9,104 nt of DNA from Zygophlyctis sp. KS116. Lineage: Eukaryota > Fungi > Chytridiomycota. Each line of letters opens with the position of its first letter. Within the stretch, counting starts at the first letter, position 1. The translations under genes were made by a program, and so were the position numbers. Location of the stretch: assembly GCA_054661495.1 (NCBI GenBank), contig BAAFSQ010000356.1, positions 1 through 9,104 on the forward strand, given 5' to 3'. Positions 1 to 7,921 of this stretch are shown here, in pieces. Under the pieces are notes generated by a model that saw only the letters and a list, made by a program, of their open reading frames with translations, was not told where the DNA came from and searched no databases.

Positions 1-22
1 TAAGATAATCTTGTATTTCTAG

Positions 23-96
23 GGAAAGAAGCTGCTGATGCATTTCTATCTCAGGCAAAAACTCTAGAAAGTATAATGCTGCAACTGCCAATGTAA
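23..96 (+). CDS. Probable terminal exon of an upstream gene (partial; ...KEAADAFLSQAKTLESIMLQLPM*)
   Basis: Bases 1-22 (taagataatcttgtatttctag) look like a truncated micro-intron ending in TAG. An open frame follows, ending at TAA 94-96. No family recognised. Confidence 0.35.
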
Positions 97-198
97 ACGC
101 ATCAAAGGCATACAAGAAAACGCATCCAACTTTTCCCAATAAGGTGGGTATCAGTTAGTGAGTTTGAGTGGTTGGTTTTGGTCAGATCAGAGTTGAAA

Positions 199-3100
199 AT
201 GTCGATTGGACCAAATGAAGCATCGGCGCTGTTGTCTTCTTTAGGAGCAGCAACTCCCGATCAGATTTCTCAGACATTCAACTTTTGCTTGCAGTTATTA
301 GCAAAGGACTCATTAGCATCATTGACCCTTTTACCAGGACTATTGGCTAATTTAAGTCTAGAGTTATCGCAAGAGAATAGTATTCTGTTGCTGAAATGTT
401 TACTTTTTATTCTTAAAACGGCTGCCAATTACGAACCTTCAACTGCAATTTCTATATTTTCATCAGGACTGGAAGGATTGGGGACTTATTCTGTTAGTGA
501 TCAGCCTCAGTTGCTAAAGGAATGGATTCTATCAATGACAACTATTTACCCATTGCTGTTTCGGTTTTTATGTAGACATTTTTCAGATTCCACTCCTTGG
601 GATCTATTCAGTTCACAAGTAAATATTATTGAAAGTTTGTTGCATCATCCAAATGATGGTATTAAAGTTGCAGTTACAAAGTTTTTACAGGTTGTAGTGT
701 TGATAGGAAGTCCTAGAGAAGGTGTAAGATTTAATATTTTTTTTATAAGTATAGGGAGATCGATCATATCCTTCAATTGATGACATTCCATTTCATCATC
801 CTTTTTTAATTTCAAATGATTTGAGGAATGATGGGGTTTTAGCGTTTAATAAGTTGATTGCTATACTCTCAATGAATCTAATGTACATATTTTTACGATT
901 AATTTGATAAGGCCTCCAGGTGTAATGACAGCATCAATTCACTCTCTTCAATCTATATGTCAAAATAGATCAGAATTTTTGGATTTTACTGTTAAAACTC
1001 TTTTACAATGGTCGTCAAGTTCTCCAGATCATTTGAGTAAAATGCAAAAAAGATCAGTTGAACGGAGTATAAAGATTTTTATGTTGTGTATGTTGAAGTA
1101 AGTTTAAGCTTTTTAATAAATTTTAGGAATGCAGCGGCCGAACCACTTCTTGATTATATTCAAGAGTTTTTGTTGGAAATAGGTGTAAGATCTATGGAAA
1201 TTAGGATGCGTATTCAGCAGAAAACAAGTAAAAAGGCATTTGCATCAGATTGGGAAGAGGATGCCAAATTAATTAAAGTATTAATTTTATTCTAAAATAT
1301 TAGACTGAACAAGATTTTCAATTATCTGATTTGTTTTTGCGAACTGTTAATATTACTCAGATTCCGTATCCTATACTTATTGAAATAATTATTCATACGT
1401 TGCTTACGGTTACCCCACAAAACTGGGAACTAGGAATGAATGTATTTCCATTATAAAGTTAAATTTTAGTTTTATAGGCAAATGAATGGTATTTTAAGCC
1501 CGGAAGAGATGGCTGCAGCGGTGGCAGCAGAATCTGCACAAGTGCAATCTGTGGAACCGGTTTCTGTACCAGAAGGAGAGGAAGTTAAGGAAGAATCAAT
1601 GATTATATTAGATGCTGATCCTGAGTCTGTTGTTCAGCCACCTAGAGAACTCTCTAGCTATGAAAAGCATCAAGTCTTTCAAGAAATTCTTCATAGATTT
1701 TTTGAATCCGAATATAGATTTTCGGGCTCAACTGGGTCCGGTGGTCAGGCCGTGACAATAAAAATTCACCAGGTATCAGAGACAGACTCTTTGGCAGCTG
1801 CGAAAAGTGGTTGGATTCTGCTAATATCAAGGCTTTTAAACAGAGGCCAATCGATTCCCGATACTCCACAATTCGAAACCATATTAAAAGCAAAGGAGAT
1901 TTTGGTATCGTTTATTTTAGATAGCTTCAAGGACCGTATGGATCTTGCTATACTTTGGCTCCATGAAGAGTACTTTAAGCGCTCGTGGATGCCTGAGTTA
2001 TCGGATGACCGAGATACCTACTCACTATGGTTTCAAAGTGTTTTATATGGTCTTCAAAAACCTAGAAACGACCAAGGAGAGTATGCCTTAGATCATAAAG
2101 ATCGTGCATTTACACGTTTTCTAATGGACGCCCCTGATATAGACTTTGATTTTGTGTTTGAAGTCATCGATATTTATTGCAATGAGCCTGAAAGAATGGC
2201 ATTAGGAATCTCTACTTTGCGGGATATGATCCTCTATCGACCGGTTGTAAGATCTCGCTGTATGGAAATGCTCCTCCAATTATGCAGGCATAAACGTATA
2301 TTTTCATGTTTTAATACTAGATAAAACTACAAGAGCGACCTCGATCGTTACTTGCAAGAAGTTCTACAAAGAGCACATTACACTCGGCCCACTAGTAGAA
2401 AAATATGCACTGGAAACAATGAAAAAACTACTTGAGGCACCTGAAGAAGAAGTAGAAGAAATACCAGTTGGTGAGGCTGAAGAAGAAATACCAGTTGGTG
2501 AGACTGAAGAAGAAATAGATCAAATGATTGAAAAAGAACTACCAGACGTCGCAATGACTGATGTTGAAAAGTCAACTGAGGGAAAAGCTGAAGAAGTTTC
2601 AGCTCTAGAATGGAAAGAAGCTGACATCATTAGACATCTTGAAATGTACTTTTCTTTCTGTAGCAAGAATCATGAATTTTTGGATGAGTATGCTCAAATT
2701 ATAATTTAATTGTTAGGATTTTTAATCTATTCCCAGAATTCTCTGATTCGGTAAAAAAGGTGGTCCAGAAACACATTGGTGGTTTAGTCAAGGCGCTTTC
2801 TTCTACCCCTTCTAAGTTGTATTCTCTGATAGATATCTTCCCCAAAGGCTCTGATGCATTAATTCTTCGAATCATTGCTGTTTTAGCAAGTTCAGACCCA
2901 ATACCAGAGAGTTTGATTGAATCCGTTAAAGGATTGTACAGTAAGCAGGATATGGATGCCCGATTCTTAATTCCTATTTTAACAGCGTTACCGAAAGTAA
3001 ATTTTGTATATCTAATCTGTTTAGAATGAAATATTACAGGCTTTACCAAAAGTTTTCAAATTGCTTGATGGATCAGAAGCGCAAAAGAGTGTCGTTCGGG

Positions 3101-3716
3101 ATGTAATGATCAAGTTGATACGCTCTAAAAAAGAAATTTCTAGTGAAACAGCGGCAGAAACTGATTTGCCACCTATCATGACCCCTGTTGAGCTAATGAT
3201 TTGGATCCATTCTGCTGAAGATAGCCTTGGTTTGAAAGTGGCTGTTGAAGGTAAGAATTAACAATAATTTTATAATTAGCCACATCTATTTGCTTTACTA
3301 CTCGAGAATATTACACTCAAGAAACTCTTGCGATTGTTTTGCAGCAGCTTTTAGATCTCTCTAAACTTCCCACTCTTTTAATGCGTACTATTATACAAAC
3401 CGTCACACTTTATAAAGACTTGGCTGGATTTATTAATTCCATCTTGACTAGACTCATTATGAAAAAGATTTGGACATATCCAAAGCTTTGGGATGGGTTT
3501 ATTAGATGTTGTACCGTAAGATTTTAATTCACTCAGTTTTAGATTATGTTTCCATCATCTCTACCAGTGGTTTATGCGCTTCCAAAAGGACAGGCCCAGG
3601 AAGTTTTTACTAAATCTCCAAAGCTTAAAGAAGCTTTAAAAGTGTTTATTGAATCATTACCATCTCACCAGCGTCATAGAAGAGAATTCAAAACATTATT
3701 ACCTCTGGTTCAATAG
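199..3716 (+). CDS. SYMPK: Symplekin/Pta1, scaffold of the pre-mRNA cleavage and polyadenylation complex (~1078 aa, 11 exons)
   Basis: Exons 199-723, 755-882, 912-1097, 1127-1277, 1304-1441, 1470-2295, 2321-2687, 2717-2996, 3025-3250, 3280-3515 and 3543-3716 total 3237 nt and read through without internal stops. All 10 introns are GT-AG, 25-31 nt. N-terminal motifs [17 protein letters not shown] and [12 protein letters not shown], central [10 protein letters not shown] and [14 protein letters not shown], and C-terminal [11 protein letters not shown]...[21 protein letters not shown] match the symplekin family. The ATG is in AAAATG context. Confidence 0.92.
2455..2517 (+). repeat. In-frame 27-bp tandem duplication in the symplekin acidic loop (EEIPVGEAE / EEIPVGETE / EEI)
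   Basis: gaagaaataccagttggtgaggctgaa (2455-2481) and gaagaaataccagttggtgagactgaa (2482-2508) differ at 1 nt, followed by a partial third copy. Confidence 0.95.
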
Positions 3717-3722
3717 AATAAA
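3717..3722 (+). promoter_or_regulatory. Candidate polyadenylation signal AATAAA immediately after the symplekin stop
   Basis: TAG 3714-3716 is directly followed by aataaa; the AT-rich background lowers specificity. Confidence 0.4.
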
Positions 3723-3862
3723 ATAGATTTTATTACCAATAAGTGCTTTTCGTAAATTATTTGACTTTAAGCATAAAAAATGCTGTCAAAAAACACGCAA
3801 CAATTATAGAATTAAATTGACATTATCTATTCATAATGTATGAAAATATAATCCTGATAAAG

Positions 3863-5241
3863 TTATTCTGGCGGAGCATAGTATGGGTACAGAGAAACAA
3901 CTTCCTTCTTGTTCTTTGCAACTTGATAAACATTCTTCCATACATCCAGTAATTCTTGAGCGGAATTAATATCTTCATCTATTCTCATCAATCCCAAAAT
4001 TTCAAAAACAGCAGGATATGTTGAAGCGAGTGGACTTATTGTTGCGAATAAATGGTCCCTTGAAGCAAATTCATTTGGTTTTTTCAACATGACACGAGCA
4101 ATTGAGATCGAAAGACTATTAACATCATAGCGAATAGACGGAGAGTGGTGCTCGAATTCCATTCCAGGTGTAGTAGAGCTAATAAAACCTCCAAACTTTT
4201 TAGCAGAACCAAAATCAATCAAAACGACTTTAGTACGAGTTTCAAACATTAGATTAGTCAGTTTAATATCACAATGAGCTAGTCCTTGAGATGCAAATGA
4301 ATAAATGGCTGAAATTCCACAAAGTAGAATAGATATGATAGCTTCCTCACGTGGGAATTTATCTAGATTAAGTAACCAGTCTGCGACTGTTTCTACATAC
4401 ACAGGGGTAAACATGGCCGCTCTTTCTTCAGGCAAGCTAATAATGTTGATAATAGGCATAACACAGGGACCTACTACTATTTTACCAACCTCTACTTCAG
4501 CTTTGATCGTATCAAGTCGCCCAATCTTTGCACAATAGCGTGATTTGTCGTCATAGACCGATTGAATTATTGTTCCTGCTTGGCTCGGGTGCGAAATAAT
4601 TTCACCGAAACGGTAACCATACGCTTCACCAACTTGCAACTTGGTGGTTGTCTTGAGAATTAATTTTGCTTCGTCAACAAATTCTCTTGCTTGATTCCTT
4701 GTCCAGCCAGTGCATTCATGAAGGCGGTGATTAAATTGAGTCTTTTTTGTCAGTAATCTGATCAGAGAATCAGACAATTTCGGGCCATCAACTAATTCTT
4801 GTATCTTTGGGACGTAAGCCTCTTTGTCAATCGCAGGCGGGCTCAATTCTGATATTAGTCCCTCATCACTAAAATACCTCTTTTCATTTCTGTACCAATA
4901 ACACTGACAATAAGAGCATCTTTTAATGACTTTCCAAGACCATCCACAGGTGAATCTTCCTCGAGCGGCTCTTCCTGTTTGTAAGATTTGAAATCATTTA
5001 CATTTTTTCTTTTAGAATTTCTCTTATCAAATGATTGCTTGTTCTGAAAGACCAAGAGATCAGAAGGACTTATTCCTTTGAGATGGCTGTCAGAGTACTC
5101 GGCTTTGACAGCTTTTCTAAACTGAGCAATAACAGCAGATGAAGGAATAGTCACATAATCAGCAGTCGTTCCCTTGTATGGCTTTCCAGTCCCATAGTCA
5201 TAGAGATGAAACCAAATATTGGATTGATCTGTACTTGACAT
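3863..5241 (-). CDS. Crinkler (CRN)-type protein: ubiquitin-like CRN N-terminal domain plus C-terminal Ser/Thr protein kinase (440 aa, or 449 aa if the 27-nt intron is retained)
   Basis: The N-terminus IWFHLYDYGTGKPYKGTTADYV..FRKAVKAEY..DLLVFQNKQSFDKRN..EEPLEEDS..LGKSLKDALIVSV resembles CRN header domains of chytrids and oomycetes. A 29-nt intron at 4877-4849 (gtatt...gactaatatcag) joins it in frame to ORF 3863-4846, which has kinase motifs CAKIG (VAIK lysine), HCDIKLTN and DFG. A second probable intron lies at 5001-4975 (27 nt, in frame). Confidence 0.85.
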
Positions 5242-5264
5242 TTTTCTTTTTTTGAAAAGCTTAT

Positions 5265-5390
5265 CTTTGACTTTGGCGTCTTTTGTAGGTGTTTTTTTTG
5301 ATTTTGACGTCTTTTGTAGGTGTTTTTCTTTGACTTTGACGTCTTTTGTAGGTGTTTATTCTTTGATTTTGGCGTCTTTTGTAGGTGTTT
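5265..5390. repeat. Four-copy minisatellite, unit 31-33 bp (minus strand ACACCTACAAAAGACGYCAAARTCAAA...)
   Basis: Units start on the minus strand at 5388, 5355, 5323 and 5292 (periods 33, 32, 31). The core cgtcttttgtaggtgttt is identical in all four copies, and length variation is confined to the A/T run. Confidence 0.95.
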
Positions 5391-5751
5391 GGTTGTCTTT
5401 AGCCAAGTTTCTTAGCCTTTCAAACATTGCTTCAACTGTATGAAATTCAATTTCAAGTCATTAATCTGTAAAGTTAGTACTGTCTCAATTGATCAACATG
5501 AAAATGCAGTTTATTTTTCCGCTAAATATTTAGGATAATATCTTATGCCTTGAGTAGTATAATCTGGAATTCGTACTTTATGGATAATAATTCATGAACA
5601 GCTATTTTGACAACAGATTGCAGTTTTTTAGGTTGAACGTGAACGTTAACCAGTCTTTTTGGATTTCCTTGTATAATAATTAAATAGTTTCCAGACTCAA
5701 TGATAATTGTCATACCGCCAAAACCAACAAGTAACTTTATTCAAGACAACT

Positions 5752-6639
5752 TTACTGATTAGATTTTTTGGGTTTCAATGCTTTGCGAGTCTTGGAAGCT
5801 TTCTTCTTTAAAGTCTTCTTCTTTATAATCTTCTTTACAACCTTTTTCTTTTTAATTGGAATTGATTTTTTGACCTTTTTCTTTACAACTTTTCCTTTTT
5901 TAACAATTCTTCCCACTTCTTTCACAGAGTCTTTAACTTGTTGAATCTCAGAATCATAGTCTAACATTTCCTTTTTGAAAACTTTCATTTCAGCCTGATA
6001 TTTTTGTAAGAATAATTGCTTTTTAGAAGATTCCAATTCTCTCCATGCACGTCCCAAGATTGAAGCCTGTTCAGTAACAGGAATGTTACTCAAACTTTCT
6101 AATCCATACAAACTAGGATTAGAGCGAGCAGCTGTAGAGAATTTAAAGTAAGGACTTAACGGTTTTACAGGTTTGTTCTTATCTACAGGCGGTTTTTGCG
6201 TAATCTTTCCAGCAAGTTTTTTAAAGGACCAGGCCTGATTTTCAAGATAAGCATCTGCAGATGTTCGATTGGCCATATATATTTTCAAGTTTTGAGAATA
6301 ATCTTGTTTAGATTTTTCATATTCTTCAATAAATGGCTGAGAATTTGAGTTTGTTGTTAGATTACCTTTTTCTCCTCATCAGACATTTCACTCCATTCTT
6401 TAGATGCTTTACTTGCAGCATTTCTAAATTTTGTTTTTGCATCGGACTCTAAAGAGTCTTTGAGCTCCTGACGGATTTTACGCGATGAAAACAATATATA
6501 CGCAGACACTGGTCTCTTTGGATACACAACAGCAGGCTTCTCAATTTTCTTTAATATTGTCTTTGCATCTATTGTTAATTCTATTAATAATACATGGCAA
6601 AAGAGACTTTGGCGCACTCAAAAACGAGAAAATTTTCAT
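5752..6639 (-). CDS. Two-HMG-box protein with Lys-rich C-terminal tail, probably mitochondrial nucleoid Abf2/TFAM-like (277 aa, 3 exons)
   Basis: Exons 6639-6594, 6568-6366 and 6336-5752, with introns 6593-6569 (25 nt) and 6365-6337 (29 nt). HMG box 1 is PKRPVSAYILF...ASKEWSEMSDEEKKPF and box 2 is PVKPLSPYFKF...LGRAWRELESSKKQLF. The N-terminus MKIFSFLSAPKSLLPYAK lacks acidic residues, like a presequence. Mitochondrial identity is inferred. Confidence 0.85.
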
Positions 6640-6650
6640 TTTACGGAAAA

Positions 6651-6666
6651 CACGAACGCGACGCGA
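6651..6666. promoter_or_regulatory. Candidate MCB/SCB-like cell-cycle elements (CACGAA, 2x ACGCG)
   Basis: cacgaacgcgacgcga lies within the 32-nt gap between the RNR-like stop and the HMG start; a CG-dense patch in AT-rich DNA. Confidence 0.4.
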
Positions 6667-6671
6667 ATATT

Positions 6672-7785
6672 TTAAAAGTCTTCATCAAGTTTAAACACTA
6701 CAGTCTCCAGACTCTTTTTTACAGTCTTTTTAGGAGTTGCAATTACTCTTGTCAATGTATGATCTCCATCTTCTGATAGAGCTTCCTTTTTTAAAATTGG
6801 TTCAATCCATGATAATGGATCTTTAACCTTGTAAACTGGTGCATATCCTAGATTAAGTAAAATATTATCGGCATGCCAATTTAATCTCATTTTTACAGAT
6901 TTACCATCTACAGAATTCCCTCCAAGAGTTAAATTAGTTCCCATTAATCCTAATACATCATCAACAACTGCACTTTCAACTTTAATAAGATCTTGAACAA
7001 TTTTTATAGCTTGAAACTGACTAGGCTTCTTTATCAAATGACTAGAAATAATATCCATAAAATGAGCATAAGAATTAAAATCTCTTGCAACCTTGCAAAT
7101 ACTTTTAAAAAGACCTGGAATAGCTTTTTCTTCAGCCTTTACCAAATACATAAATATATCCATTAATCCTCTATACAACATATGATAGTAAATCCCCAAA
7201 GCTAATACTCGAACACCAAAAGAGTCAGTAGTATCCGTAATATTTGATTCAATCCATGCTTTTCTTAATGAAAGAGAATTCAACTTGCTAGTAGATTCAA
7301 GAATTGCATCCTTGTCCGAGTAATTACTAGTAAAAAGATCCAAAATAACTGTAAATAATTCATTATGAATGTTTCTTTGCATTCCCATAAACCCAAAAAA
7401 ACATCTAGCTTCAGACACTTGAATTTCATCAGATATTTTAGAAACGAGATTTTCACTTAAAAAGGCATCATTAATTGCAAAAAGTGCAACTAAAGTCGTC
7501 AAAAAGGATTTCTCCTTTCCAGAAAAATTATCAAACTTTTCAGAGTCATGTCCTAATTCTATTTCTTCGGCGGACCAGAATTTAGCCTCGGCATTCTTGT
7601 ACGCCTTCCAAATCTTGATTTAGTAAAAGAAATTGTACATTATCATATTGTATTGGAAATAAAACAAATCTCTTATTATTATGAGCAAGGAGAGGTTCGG
7701 TCTGTTCCTTGACGTCTAAAACTACCATCTTTTTAGTAATCGGTGTAGTTCCAGTGCCAGACTCCATCAATGTGTTTGAAATCAT
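6672..7785 (-). CDS. Ribonucleotide reductase small subunit (R2/beta) paralogue lacking most di-iron ligands and the radical Tyr (362 aa, 2 exons)
   Basis: Exons 7785-7639 and 7613-6672, with a 25-nt intron at 7638-7614. R2 motifs: EPLL..N.KRFVLFPIQY..IWKAYKNAEAKFWSAEEIEL, ENLV...EIQVSEARCFFGF, NIH.E, PGL..S...ARD and C-terminal FKLDEDF. The frame is intact with no internal stops. Confidence 0.92.
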
Positions 7786-7921
7786 TTCTCAAGTCGCGAT
7801 TTGGCCGCTCGTAAGTCTTTAAAGCATTTAAATGCCTAATATAGCTCTGATATAAGGATTATCATTTGATAAGAGAAATTAGCGGTGACTTTAGAGCGCA
7901 AGTTTTTAGGAAAATTAAAGA
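7786..7921. promoter_or_regulatory. Compact bidirectional promoter/5'UTR region between the divergent RNR-like gene and YPT1 (136 nt)
   Basis: Head-to-head ATGs at 7785 (-) and 7922 (+). Contains a CG-rich patch tcgcgatttggccgc (7794-7808) and an intron-like segment at 7811-7844. Confidence 0.6.

Noticed and set aside
1654-3049. Minus-strand ORFs 1654-1893, 2378-2575 and 2699-3049
   Set aside because: Antisense shadows of symplekin exons with no recognisable motifs.
199-3716. Fragmented ORFs as a pseudogene, programmed frameshifting or an alternative genetic code
   Set aside because: Every break is explained by a GT-AG micro-intron giving one continuous frame, and genes end at standard TAA/TAG stops.
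4981-5015. Plus-strand intron-like sequence gtaagat...ttttcttttag antisense to the CRN gene
   Set aside because: No plus-strand gene can be built around it; the T-tract is the complement of Lys/Arg codons.
5265-5390. CRISPR-like array
   Set aside because: The whole unit is repeated with no unique spacers, the period is only 31-33 nt, there are no cas genes, and the context is eukaryotic.
3717-5751. Transposon boundaries (TIR, TSD or Helitron ends) around the CRN gene
   Set aside because: Only short imperfect AT-rich matches were found (e.g. tgctgtcaaaa versus tgttgtcaaaa), and there is no transposase.
4305-6776. Plus-strand ORFs 4305-4538, 5252-5443, 6485-6694 and 6594-6776
   Set aside because: Antisense to the CRN kinase, the repeat, and the HMG/RNR-like genes; no independent coding evidence.
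6672-7785. Calling the R2-like gene a pseudogene or a metal-free/class Ic R2
   Set aside because: The frame, intron and C-terminal tail are intact, so it is not an evident pseudogene. Class Ic keeps its metal ligands and class Ie keeps the Tyr, whereas here both are lost.
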